The position numbers were made by a program, and so were the translations under genes. Below, piece after piece: positions 32,832 through 42,225 of a stretch of 42,237 nucleotides of DNA. Origin of the DNA: a virus. Position 1 is the stretch's first letter. Each line of letters starts with the position of its first letter. A model generated the notes under the pieces. The model saw only the letters and a list, made by a program, of their open reading frames with translations. It had not been told where the DNA came from and ran no database searches. Location: positions 1 through 42,237 of the IMG/VR virus record IMGVR_UViG_3300037467_000907; one strand, written 5' to 3'.

Positions 32832-33218
32832 ATGATCAGTGAATCCTCTTTTCGTGAAGAAATGCCGGCTTTTGCTGATACAACGCAATATCCATCATTT
32901 CAGTTTAATTTTTATTTAAACCTTGGGAAAAAGTTACTTCGCCCAGAACGTTGGGAGGATACGCTTGATTACGGATTGACATTGTTTATTGCTCATTATC
33001 TTACGCTTTATCGGCGTACGATGGCGATGACTGCCGTTGGTGGCGATGCTGGAAAGATTGTGGGGAATGAAACGTCTAAATCCGTTGATGGTGTTGCTAA
33101 ATCAATGGATGTTTCAGGCGTTCTCATTACTGATGCTGGCCACTGGAACCAAACCACATGGGGCGTTCAGTTTTTTCAGTTATTGCTGATGGCTGGCGCT
33201 GGAGGCATTCAGCTATGA
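32832..33218 (+). CDS. Head-tail connector/adaptor
   Basis: 128 aa. Assigned by position. Confidence 0.45.
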   Translation: MISESSFREEMPAFADTTQYPSFQFNFYLNLGKKLLRPERWEDTLDYGLTLFIAHYLTLYRRTMAMTAVGGDAGKIVGNETSKSVDGVAKSMDVSGVLITDAGHWNQTTWGVQFFQLLLMAGAGGIQL

Positions 33219-33775
33219 GTAGTGGTGTTAAATCTTCTGGTAAAGGTCTTGCAGATATCTTTCAAGCTTTCGCTGAATTGTCGCAAATGGATGTGTTAGT
33301 TGGTATTCCTCATGGTGAAGCCAGAACTGATGGTGATGGTCTCACTAATGCGCAAATTGGATACCTTCAGGAAAATGGCTCACCAGCCATGAATATTCCT
33401 GAACGACCTTTCCTTGTGCCAGGTGTTGAACAGGTCCAAGAAAAGGTTGGCGATAAACTGGTTAAAGCCGTTGATGCTGGTTTAGCTGGCAATAGTCAAA
33501 GAATGATGATGTTGCTTGAATCCGCTGGGATGATTGCAATGAATTCGGTCAGAGCCTATTTCGTGAATGGAGAGTTTGCCCCTTTATCTTTGACCACTAT
33601 CCGTGCCCGAGCACGGCGTGGACGCAAGGGCGCTAAGACGTATCTTAAGCAGCTTGAATCGGGAACGGCTGAGTCTGGTCTTGTTCGGCCGTTGATCGAT
33701 ACAGGTGAGCTCAGAAAGTCGGTAACTTACATCATCATGAAAAAGGACAAGGAGATTAAACGTGCCTCAACTTGA
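33215..33775 (+). CDS. Head closure/neck protein
   Basis: 186 aa from MSSGVK. ATGA overlap with the upstream stop and a GGAGG SD. Confidence 0.45.
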   Translation: MSSGVKSSGKGLADIFQAFAELSQMDVLVGIPHGEARTDGDGLTNAQIGYLQENGSPAMNIPERPFLVPGVEQVQEKVGDKLVKAVDAGLAGNSQRMMMLLESAGMIAMNSVRAYFVNGEFAPLSLTTIRARARRGRKGAKTYLKQLESGTAESGLVRPLIDTGELRKSVTYIIMKKDKEIKRAST

Positions 33776-34130
33776 TGTCTCAGATGTTCTCTTAGATCCT
33801 GACTTTATTTACACGGGCATTATTTGCAAGCGTACAGAAGTCATCGTAGGAAATAATGGACGGCCGCAAGAGACAACCATTTCAAAACCTTTTAATGGTG
33901 TCGTTACTACAAATAACGGTATCAAGATGGACCGTCGACCAGATGGGACATTAATCAAAGGTGCCATCAATATTCATACGCAGTTTATTTTGATTCCTGG
34001 CGATAAAAAAACCAAAGCTGATGAGATTACTTGGAAGGGTAAAACTTACATTGTGGCTCAGGTTTCGGATAACTCGCATTATGGCCAAGGTTTCATAAAA
34101 GCAATTTGTGAGCTTAAACCACTGGGGTAA
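33762..34130 (+). CDS. Tail completion/neck protein
   Basis: 122 aa. Assigned by position. Confidence 0.4.
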   Translation: MPQLDVSDVLLDPDFIYTGIICKRTEVIVGNNGRPQETTISKPFNGVVTTNNGIKMDRRPDGTLIKGAINIHTQFILIPGDKKTKADEITWKGKTYIVAQVSDNSHYGQGFIKAICELKPLG

Positions 34131-34133
34131 TTC

Positions 34134-34679
34134 ATGGGTGACTCGGCTTTAGGGGGATATATCACCCCTAGTGGCGGATCTGCTTATGACCAAGAACTTG
34201 AGGATATTTTTCAAGCTTTCATTGTCGGGATTACTTCTTTGCCTGGTGCGATGGTTCGTCCACGCTTTCAGAGAGATCCGCCGCCATTTCCTGAGATTGG
34301 TGAGAATTGGTGCGCCTTCGCTGTAAAGAACATACAAACTGATGAAGGGCCTTACTTCGACCAGAAAGACGAATCAATGGATTCAATTCGACATGAAGAA
34401 TTGACGCTATTTTTATCGTTCTATGGTGACCACGGCCAATCGATCGCAAACATCCTTAAAGATGGTCTAGCAATTCCGCAAAATATCGCGCAGCTCAAAG
34501 CGCAAAAAATCAAATTTATCAGTACCGGTGAGATCATCACCGCGCCTGACTTTCTCAATAATCAGTATGTACATCGATATGACCTAACCGCAGTATTCAA
34601 GCGGAAAACATTCCGCACGTTTGCTGTTAAGTCATTTGTAGATGCTGGACCTATAGAATTTCCTAGGAGTAATCCATGA
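34134..34679 (+). CDS. Tail terminator/sheath-stabiliser type protein
   Basis: 181 aa, immediately upstream of the sheath gene. Confidence 0.4.
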   Translation: MGDSALGGYITPSGGSAYDQELEDIFQAFIVGITSLPGAMVRPRFQRDPPPFPEIGENWCAFAVKNIQTDEGPYFDQKDESMDSIRHEELTLFLSFYGDHGQSIANILKDGLAIPQNIAQLKAQKIKFISTGEIITAPDFLNNQYVHRYDLTAVFKRKTFRTFAVKSFVDAGPIEFPRSNP

Positions 34680-36151
34680 CATTGTCCACCTCTGATGTTG
34701 TTAATGTCTCCATTAGTTTGGCGGCTTTAGCAGCAGGGCCACGTAGCTTTGGCTCTTTGCTTGTATTGGGGGCTACCGATGGCGTAGTAGATCCAGTTGA
34801 GCGTTTACGTGAATATTCAGATCCAACGCCAGTATCATTAGATTTTGGCACTGATGCGCCAGAATACAAAGCTGCTCAAAAATACTTTGGGCAAGTGCCA
34901 AAACCTCGAGTTTTATACATTGGCCGTTGGGTTAAATCGGCTAGTTCAGCAGTTTTAAAAGGTGCTGTTTTATCTACAGCTCAGCGAGATATTGCGAACT
35001 TTACAGCTATTTCAGATGGTTCGATGAAAATCACCATTAATGGCGTTGAGAAAGTAGTAACTGCCTTAAACCTTTCAGCAGTAACTAACCTTAATGGTGT
35101 AGCGTCAGCATTGACGACAAAGCTTGGTACCGCTTCAGTAACTTGGAACGATGTATATAACCGCTTTGAAATTACCTCATTAACCACTGGTGCTGCATCA
35201 ACGATTTCTTACGCTATTGCGAATGCAACCGGCACTGATGTTTCTTCATTGATGGGCTTAACAGTTGGCCATGCTTCGGTACCAGTAAATGGTTATGCTT
35301 CAGAACCTTTAATGGATGCTATTACGCACTTAGCTGATAAATCCCTTAAATGGTATGGATTAGATATCGCTGAGCCAATTTCGGATGCTGATGTTGAGGC
35401 AGTAGGTGAATTTATTCTTTCTGCAAATCCACCACGTATTTATGGCCAGACAATTACGAACGCTTTGGCTTTGGATGGTACCAGCACAACTGATCTGGCT
35501 TATAAGCTCAGCAAAGCCAACAATGGCCGAGTTTTCACAATCTTTTCTGGTGATACTCCGCATGCAGCGGCATCGGTGTTTGGACGAGCATTTAGCGTCA
35601 ACTTTAATGGCACTAACACAACCATTACATTGAAGTTTAAACAACTACCTGGTGTAGAAGCTGAAGATTTGCAAGTCTCGCAAGCGAAAGCCTTGAATGC
35701 TAAAAATTGCAATGTATTTGCTGGATATAACAATGACACGGCCATTTTACAAGAAGGCGTGATGTGTGACGGTTCATTCATTGATGAGCGTCATGGTCTT
35801 GACTGGTTGCAAAACCATTTAGAGACAGCTCTATGGAATCTTTTTTACACCACTCCAACTAAAGTTCCGCAGCTGGAGAGTGGCGTAAATCGCCAATGTA
35901 CGGTGCTTGAACGAGCATTAGAACAAGCTGTAACTAATGGTCTTATTGGTCCTGGTCAATGGAATGGTGATTCTTTTGGGGCATTAGAAACGGGTGATTA
36001 TCTTCCAAAAGGATATTACGTGTTTGCCAATAGTCTGGATGATCAAGCTCAATCAGAGCGTGAAGCTCGTAAATCTCCAGTTTTTCAGATTGCAATCAAA
36101 TTGGCTGGTGCAACACATTTCTCTGATGTGCTTGTCTCAGTAAATCGCTAA
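34676..36151 (+). CDS. Tail sheath protein
   Basis: 491 aa. Lies before the tube gene. The N-terminus STSDVVNVSISL is typical of DUF3383-type sheaths. Confidence 0.7.
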   Translation: MTLSTSDVVNVSISLAALAAGPRSFGSLLVLGATDGVVDPVERLREYSDPTPVSLDFGTDAPEYKAAQKYFGQVPKPRVLYIGRWVKSASSAVLKGAVLSTAQRDIANFTAISDGSMKITINGVEKVVTALNLSAVTNLNGVASALTTKLGTASVTWNDVYNRFEITSLTTGAASTISYAIANATGTDVSSLMGLTVGHASVPVNGYASEPLMDAITHLADKSLKWYGLDIAEPISDADVEAVGEFILSANPPRIYGQTITNALALDGTSTTDLAYKLSKANNGRVFTIFSGDTPHAAASVFGRAFSVNFNGTNTTITLKFKQLPGVEAEDLQVSQAKALNAKNCNVFAGYNNDTAILQEGVMCDGSFIDERHGLDWLQNHLETALWNLFYTTPTKVPQLESGVNRQCTVLERALEQAVTNGLIGPGQWNGDSFGALETGDYLPKGYYVFANSLDDQAQSEREARKSPVFQIAIKLAGATHFSDVLVSVNR

Positions 36152-36166
36152 TAAGGACAAGAAAAT

Positions 36167-36610
36167 ATGTCTACATATTCATTTATGGATACTCAGTGCA
36201 CACTTGCCAGTGATGACGGGGTAATTGACCTAGGGTACGGCGCTGGCGTTGCAGATGAGGGTATTACCATTGCTATGGCTGCTGATGCCAACCAAATGAC
36301 TATTGGCGCAGACGGTGAAGGGATGCATTCATTAAGTGCTAATAAGTCTGGTACTGTGACTGTACGATTATTAAAAACATCTCCGGTTAATGCCAAACTT
36401 TCCAATCTTTACCACATTCAGCGTTCAAGCACGAAGAAGTGGGGTAAGAACACAATCACATTGAACCATACAGGTTCTGGGGACAATGCCACAGCCACAA
36501 AATGTGCTTTTAAGAAACATGCTGATCTAGCTTATAAGTCAGTCGGTGACTTTAACGAATGGGCTTTTGATGCAATCAAAATCGATCAGAAGTTAGGAGC
36601 GTATGACTAA
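36167..36610 (+). CDS. Tail tube protein
   Basis: 147 aa, between the sheath and chaperone genes. Confidence 0.65.
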   Translation: MSTYSFMDTQCTLASDDGVIDLGYGAGVADEGITIAMAADANQMTIGADGEGMHSLSANKSGTVTVRLLKTSPVNAKLSNLYHIQRSSTKKWGKNTITLNHTGSGDNATATKCAFKKHADLAYKSVGDFNEWAFDAIKIDQKLGAYD

Positions 36611-37074
36611 TGCAAATTGGTAATCATAATTACGAAATTGGCCGCTTAGATGCTTTTGATCAATTTCACGTATCGCGAAAAATTGCACCTATTGTTCCTA
36701 CGATTGTTCCTTTCATGACTGAGATTCTGAAAAGCAACATTATGGACCTATTGGATAAATTCGGTGATGATCCAGATAACCCAGATCTAAGCGCTTTAGA
36801 AGATTTTGACCTAAATAGTTTTGGCGCGGCAATTCAGCCTTTTATCGATGCATTTGCAGAGATGCCCGAAGAAGATGCTAACTACGTTATGAAAAAGTGC
36901 TTATCAGTCGTTACACGCGATGGTGCAAGATTAGTAGTTAAAGATGCATTGATGTTTGACGACTTGGGTATCGAGCACATCCTTCCGCTAACAATTGCAG
37001 CGATTCGTATTAACTTGGGAAATTTTATTCAAGGGCTGCTTACGAAGGCATTGAGCAAGAAACAGCCCACATAA
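36610..37074 (+). CDS. Tail assembly chaperone (G-like, zero-frame product)
   Basis: 154 aa, acidic. Directly upstream of the tape measure gene. Confidence 0.65.
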   Translation: MQIGNHNYEIGRLDAFDQFHVSRKIAPIVPTIVPFMTEILKSNIMDLLDKFGDDPDNPDLSALEDFDLNSFGAAIQPFIDAFAEMPEEDANYVMKKCLSVVTRDGARLVVKDALMFDDLGIEHILPLTIAAIRINLGNFIQGLLTKALSKKQPT

Positions 37075-37262
37075 AATTTAAGCATTTACCAGACCACGAG
37101 GACTGGCTTTTACGGCCTGTGATTCGTGGTCTTTGTCGTTTTGAATCTTTAAAAGATGGAACAGTAGATCTGGCCGATATTGCATTGATGAACGATGCAT
37201 TAGATGTGCAGTCAGATAACCAGCTTTTACTTGAACAATATAACGAACAGAAAAAAAGTTGA
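36610..37262 (+). CDS. Tail assembly chaperone, -1 frameshift product (GT-like)
   Basis: The -1 frame is open from 37014 to the stop at 37260-37262 and has no start codon. It encodes ...LRPVIRGLCRFESLKDGTVDLADIALMNDALDV.... Confidence 0.6.
37017..37023 (+). promoter_or_regulatory. Slippery heptamer G GGA AAT for -1 programmed frameshift
   Basis: X XXY YYZ pattern in the zero frame. Lambda G/GT uses G GGA AAG. An overlapping A AAT TTT follows at 37020-37026. Confidence 0.55.
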
Positions 37263-37269
37263 GATAGAC

Positions 37270-39258
37270 ATGAGTGATACAGTTATTCGTGATTTCTTAG
37301 TGTCCTTAGGTTTTTCTACAGACAATGAAGGCGCTAGAAAAATGGGTGATGCCCTTAAAGGGGTAGAGCTCAAAGCAACATTGCTACATAAAACATTATT
37401 GCTTTTGGCAACTGGTGCCGTTGTTGCTGTGGCAAAGACAGCTAGCGAGTTAGATAAGCTGTATTACTCATCTCAACGTATTGGCGCTTCTGCATCAAAC
37501 ATCAGAGCATACGGTGATGCAATTTCTCAGATGGGTGGTAATTCCCAAAATGCTTTACAGTCGCTTGAGAATGTAGCGCAGAAGATGCGTAATTCACCCG
37601 GCTATGAAGGCATGCTAACAGGCATGGGTGTTGCTACCCGTGACGGTAACGGCCAGTTACGTGACCGCGTCGAAGTAATGAAAGACCTTTCTAAAACAAT
37701 GAAAGGTATGGATTACTACCAGGCAAATGCATATGCCAGTTCTTTGGGTATTGATGAAAATACTCTTATGGCCATGCGCGATGATAAGTTCATCGGCAAC
37801 ATGGAGAAATATCAAAAATTACGGCAGGACGTTGGTTTAACCGATGAACTAACTAAATCTGGTACAGAGTTCATGGTCCAGTTCCGTGATATTACGATGA
37901 CGACTAAGGCAATTACTGAAGTTGTTGTAATGACCGCAGGGCAGGCACTTATACCTATCCTTAAGATGATTAATAACTTTTTGCGAAGTGCTATTGCTTG
38001 GTTCGCTGAACTAGATCCAAGGTTTAAAGCAATTCTGGCCACTGGATTAAAGTTTGCCTTACTCGCCGTCATCTTTGGTGGTTTTATTGGAACGATTGCT
38101 AAATTGGCCTCAGTATTGCCAATGTTGAAAGGGCTACTTTTCCTGATCAAGTCGTTACGTTTGGCTTTCTTAGCTTCACCTATCGGTATTGTATTAGCGC
38201 TTGCCGCTGCTATTGCTGCATTGTGGGATGACTACCAAACTTGGAAAAATGGTGGAGAGAGCTTAATTGATTGGTCCAAATGGGAAGGTGGTATTGAAAC
38301 GGCGATTGCTCGTATTAAAGAATTGGCCGAGTTAATCAAAAACTTAAAAGATAGAACTGTAGAGTTCGTTACCAAGGCAATTGAAGATCCAGCAGGAACT
38401 GCAAAAGAAACAGTAGCAACAGTAACTGAAGCTGCTAAAACAGGTGCGGCCGCGGTGGTTAGTGCTACGCAATCCACTGTTAATGCTATTAAGGAAAATG
38501 TTTCTGCTTCTTCTTCTAGTTTCTCTCAAAAATATAAGAGCAAAAACTTCACTTCCAATAAAGCAAAAATGATTGAAGCTGTTGCAAAAAGTATAGGTGT
38601 AGATCCGAATGATTTAGCAGCTGTAATTTCTTTTGAAACAGCAGGTACTTTTAGCCCTAGTGCGAAAAATCCAAAATCTTCAGCTACCGGGTTAATCCAA
38701 TTTATGGAAGGTAGCGGTGGCACAAAAGGAAAGTACTATGGTATGAGTCGAAAGAAATTTGCCTCCTTATCGTTTGATGAGCAAATGGTATATGTTGAAA
38801 AATATTTTAAAGAAAGAGGGTTTAAATCATCTAAAAAACGAAATGTTGCGGATCTATATACTGCTGTCACTGGTTATGGTTACAAAAAAGGTAGTAGGGC
38901 TTATGAGCTTAATAAAGTGTGGGATTCAAACAAAGATGGTTATATTGCAAAAGGTGAAATGGTGCAGAACAAGGATTTTAAAAAGCATCAAAGAAATTAT
39001 TTCGCCCCTAATATAAGCACAACCCCAAATATTAATATTAGCAACACAAAAAACTTAGCAAACGTTAGTAATCCTCATAAAGAGCAGGTGAACAATTCAA
39101 ATGCTAGTTCTGCTAATATAACTATCTATCAGTCACATAAAACTGACATGACTATTAATGGCGCAGATAATCCAAAAGAAACTGCTCAGGTTGTACAGCG
39201 TCACAATGAAAATACAATGATTCAAATGGCTAGAAATGTGAAGCCATTAATTGGGTAA
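37270..39258 (+). CDS. Tape measure protein with central TM segments and C-terminal lytic-transglycosylase-like domain
   Basis: 662 aa from MSDTVIRDF. Hydrophobic block ILATGLKFALLAVIFGGF...LALAAAIAALW. The C-terminus carries VISFETAGTFSPSAKNPKSSATGLIQFM. Confidence 0.75.
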   Translation: MSDTVIRDFLVSLGFSTDNEGARKMGDALKGVELKATLLHKTLLLLATGAVVAVAKTASELDKLYYSSQRIGASASNIRAYGDAISQMGGNSQNALQSLENVAQKMRNSPGYEGMLTGMGVATRDGNGQLRDRVEVMKDLSKTMKGMDYYQANAYASSLGIDENTLMAMRDDKFIGNMEKYQKLRQDVGLTDELTKSGTEFMVQFRDITMTTKAITEVVVMTAGQALIPILKMINNFLRSAIAWFAELDPRFKAILATGLKFALLAVIFGGFIGTIAKLASVLPMLKGLLFLIKSLRLAFLASPIGIVLALAAAIAALWDDYQTWKNGGESLIDWSKWEGGIETAIARIKELAELIKNLKDRTVEFVTKAIEDPAGTAKETVATVTEAAKTGAAAVVSATQSTVNAIKENVSASSSSFSQKYKSKNFTSNKAKMIEAVAKSIGVDPNDLAAVISFETAGTFSPSAKNPKSSATGLIQFMEGSGGTKGKYYGMSRKKFASLSFDEQMVYVEKYFKERGFKSSKKRNVADLYTAVTGYGYKKGSRAYELNKVWDSNKDGYIAKGEMVQNKDFKKHQRNYFAPNISTTPNINISNTKNLANVSNPHKEQVNNSNASSANITIYQSHKTDMTINGADNPKETAQVVQRHNENTMIQMARNVKPLIG

Positions 39259-39266
39259 GGTGCTTA

Positions 39267-39653
39267 ATGAAAAAGGTTTTAGTAATGTTAATGTCTTGTA
39301 TATCCATACAAGCTTTCGCTCATGAATATCCTGATGTAAAAGGTCAATGCTTTGTTGTGGATGGGAAAAACATTACTAAGCCTTGTATAGTTTCTTCTGG
39401 CGGTGGTGCTGGAGGCATGTATACAGCTTTAAAAATTGGAAAACAAAATTTCTTAGTCGAAGAATCGACCATGAATCCAGATTCTGAAGAACGGTCAATA
39501 GTCATGGGTAAAGATTCGGATCACTTAATGGATGCAGTAGATTATTCGCGTGATTTTAAAACCAAGAAAGTGATTAAAACTTATAAAGATGATTCATGGT
39601 CATGTTATAAGCAAATTAAAGGCAAACTGGATGCTTGCTATAGAACGCGTTAA
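39267..39653 (+). CDS. Secreted cysteine-containing 128-aa protein, unknown (moron inside tail module)
   Basis: Signal peptide MKKVLVMLMSCISIQAFA. Four cysteines in the mature part. AT-rich, followed by its own hairpin. Confidence 0.55.
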   Translation: MKKVLVMLMSCISIQAFAHEYPDVKGQCFVVDGKNITKPCIVSSGGGAGGMYTALKIGKQNFLVEESTMNPDSEERSIVMGKDSDHLMDAVDYSRDFKTKKVIKTYKDDSWSCYKQIKGKLDACYRTR

Positions 39654-39670
39654 TTTATTTATTTGATTTT

Positions 39671-39695
39671 AAACCCACTATTTGGTGGGTTTTTT
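39671..39695 (+). terminator. Hairpin AAACCCAC-TATTTG-GTGGGTTT plus T-run
   Basis: 8-bp stem. Followed by TGCCCGGAGAAAAGC and the ATG at 39713. Confidence 0.6.
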
Positions 39696-39712
39696 AATGC
39701 CCGGAGAAAAGC

Positions 39713-40306
39713 ATGGCTATCACTGAAACAGTTGGCTCCCTCTTACTGGGTGGTCATCGTTCAATAATGGGTTTATTTGCTGATGTGGTGATTGAAGAAA
39801 ACCTTTCTGATGAGCTTGTTATTACAGAGCATCCAGTAGAAAAGGGCTCACCTATTTCTGACCATTGTTATAAAGCACCACCAGAAGTAACAATGAAAAT
39901 AGGATGGTCTGAAAGTGCTGGCAGGATGAATGGACTTATTGGGAATACGTTCATTGGTTCTGATTTATCTCTACTAGGGATCTACCAAGGATTACAGGCT
40001 TTACAAGGCCAGCGTCTCGTTATCTCTACTGGCAAACGCCTTTATACAGATATGCTCATTAAGTCTTTAAAGAACGTCACAGAGGAGACTTCCGAAAATG
40101 CATTAATGATTGATATTGTTTTTAAGAAAGTTTTTATTTCAACCACTAAAGAAACATTAGTTTCTATTGCTGATCAGAAGAATCCAGAAGTTACCTCTGA
40201 TGTGGTTGACTCGGGATCTAAACAGCCTAAACAAGTTGAACAGTCTATGTTGTCTCAAATAACTGGTTTAGGGCAGGTTGGCGGTGCTTATATGGTAGGG
40301 CTTTAA
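39713..40306 (+). CDS. Baseplate/tail-tip protein
   Basis: 197 aa. Lies between the tape measure and hub genes. Confidence 0.4.
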   Translation: MAITETVGSLLLGGHRSIMGLFADVVIEENLSDELVITEHPVEKGSPISDHCYKAPPEVTMKIGWSESAGRMNGLIGNTFIGSDLSLLGIYQGLQALQGQRLVISTGKRLYTDMLIKSLKNVTEETSENALMIDIVFKKVFISTTKETLVSIADQKNPEVTSDVVDSGSKQPKQVEQSMLSQITGLGQVGGAYMVGL

Positions 40307-40307
40307 A

Positions 40308-40601
40308 ATGTCTTTGTATGAAATCCCTTTACTCGATCGCAATCAAAAGTTTTTTATCAAACTGAACAAGGTGAATTACCAGCTCAAACTTGTTTATCGA
40401 AAACGATGGTACCTAGATATTTTTCAAACTAATTCTGAGCCTGTTGCCTTAGGTATTCCCTTAGTCTCAGGTATCGATATTTTGAGCCCTTTTAGTCATG
40501 TAATTAGCGGCTCAATGTACGTTCAAAACCTCAATGAAGATGAGAGCCAATCATTTAGTGATTTAGGTACCAACATAAAGCTTTTTTGGCAGGATCCTTA
40601 A
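40308..40601 (+). CDS. Small baseplate-associated protein
   Basis: 97 aa. Assigned by position. Confidence 0.35.
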   Translation: MSLYEIPLLDRNQKFFIKLNKVNYQLKLVYRKRWYLDIFQTNSEPVALGIPLVSGIDILSPFSHVISGSMYVQNLNEDESQSFSDLGTNIKLFWQDP

Positions 40602-41561
40602 ATGACTGAACAATGGAAGCGAAATTGCCGGCTAACCGTCCAGCTTAAATATGGGGAGCCAGAGGCATTAGATTTATCAGAAATGCGGATTGTTTTTCGT
40701 ATTAATCAACCTACAGCTGAAACACCCAAAGCAGCGGAGTTTTATATCTATAACTTATCAGTCGATACCATGAACCGGCTTGCTGGCGAGGATAATTCCA
40801 ACGTGGGGGCAATGGTTACTTTCGAAGCTGGTTATGGTGAAGAGTTGGCCACAATTTTTAAAGGTTCAACATTCCAATATCGCCGTGGACGTGAAAGCCC
40901 AACTGATACCTTTTTATGCATTCTGGCTCAGTCAGGTGATAAAGCTAAAAACTATGCGCTGGTTAATAAAACCATTGCAGCGGGTACTTCAGTCGATCAA
41001 GTCAAGAATGAGCTCGCAAGAGAGTATCAAGCGAATGGGGTGGAAACTGGTGAGCTGCCACAGCTTAGTGATCAGAAATATGTTCGCGGCAAAGTAATGT
41101 TCGGGTCATTAGACGACCAGATCAGACAGTTTTGCAAAGACACAAACACCGAGTACTTCATTGACGATGAATACTTATACATGGTGGGTATCAGTAGCTA
41201 TTTACTTGATTCAGTTTTTGAAATGGATGCCAGCTCGGGGATGATTGGAATGCCTCAGCTTACAACAGAGGGGCTTATGGTGAATTGCTTGCTCAATCCG
41301 CAATTGCGCCGTGGTGGGCGAATTCATGTTGACACAACAAGCATCCAAACTCAGGCTTTTGATATTGATTATCAAAGTCAGGGGGTGGACCAGCCGCAGA
41401 AAGATCTTAAAACAGCTGGAGGCATTAATGGCATTTACATCATTAAAGCAGTCGAGCATTACGGCGATACACGTGGCGATGATTGGTATACAAGCACAGT
41501 TTCAGTTGGTCAGGGTGCTGTAGTTCCTAAATCGGGTATTACAATTACGGCGGTGGATTGA
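40602..41561 (+). CDS. Baseplate hub protein (Mu gp44 / P2 gpD-like position)
   Basis: 319 aa, directly upstream of the spike gene. Confidence 0.55.
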   Translation: MTEQWKRNCRLTVQLKYGEPEALDLSEMRIVFRINQPTAETPKAAEFYIYNLSVDTMNRLAGEDNSNVGAMVTFEAGYGEELATIFKGSTFQYRRGRESPTDTFLCILAQSGDKAKNYALVNKTIAAGTSVDQVKNELAREYQANGVETGELPQLSDQKYVRGKVMFGSLDDQIRQFCKDTNTEYFIDDEYLYMVGISSYLLDSVFEMDASSGMIGMPQLTTEGLMVNCLLNPQLRRGGRIHVDTTSIQTQAFDIDYQSQGVDQPQKDLKTAGGINGIYIIKAVEHYGDTRGDDWYTSTVSVGQGAVVPKSGITITAVD

Positions 41562-41562
41562 T

Positions 41563-42225
41563 ATGGCTTTGAGTAATAACGAAAGATCGCCTCATTTACT
41601 CAACATCATTAATGATGCGATTAAATCAGCCTTGGCCGTAGTCTGGACCAATCTTCCTTGTATTGTTGAATCTTATGATCCAGATAAACAAACGGTATCT
41701 GTTACCCCAGCTATTCAAATACCTGTTATGCGTGAAGATGGTTCAATGGATTTAGTGGATCTGCCATTAATACCAGATGTGCCAGTGTGCTGGCCGAAAG
41801 CTGGAGGATTTGCTTTAACATTTCCAGTTAAGCGGGGGGATGAGTGTCTAGTACATTTCTCATCTAGATGCATTGATTTGTGGTGGCAAAACGGGGGTAT
41901 TCAACCACCGTTTGAAAACCGCAAGCATGATCTATCTGATGGCTTCGCTACATTTGCGCCGCAATCTCAGCCTAAACGTTTAAAGAGTGTGGCCACTGAT
42001 GCGGTTGAATTAAGAAATGATGCCGGTAATGCCAAGATCCGGATTAATGATGCTGGCGAATTAGAGTTTTTCGGTACCAAGGCATTTTTTAATTGCCCTG
42101 TTGAAATGAAAGATGGATTGGGTGTCTTAGGCTCGCTGACAAACAATGATATCAATGTAGGTTCAGACCATAACCATTCTGGAGTTCAACCCGGTAGTGG
42201 TGATTCTGGTCCACCAAAACCATAA
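41563..42225 (+). CDS. Baseplate central spike (gpV / Mu gp45 / Gp138-N-like)
   Basis: 220 aa with RKHDLSDGFATFAP and a Gly-rich C-terminus. The C-terminal 37 codons are duplicated at 2-115 by the assembly overlap. Confidence 0.6.
   Translation: MALSNNERSPHLLNIINDAIKSALAVVWTNLPCIVESYDPDKQTVSVTPAIQIPVMREDGSMDLVDLPLIPDVPVCWPKAGGFALTFPVKRGDECLVHFSSRCIDLWWQNGGIQPPFENRKHDLSDGFATFAPQSQPKRLKSVATDAVELRNDAGNAKIRINDAGELEFFGTKAFFNCPVEMKDGLGVLGSLTNNDINVGSDHNHSGVQPGSGDSGPPKP

Larger units (their letters stand above)
1..42110. mobile_element. Complete circular temperate tailed-phage genome (lambdoid regulation, contractile-tail structural module), unique length 42110 bp
   Basis: Exact 127-bp end overlap closes the circle. 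The window holds integrase, excisionase, an attP-like region, a CI/Cro/CII switch, an O gene with iterons, a Q-like gene, and full packaging, head, tail, baseplate and lysis modules. Confidence 0.85.
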
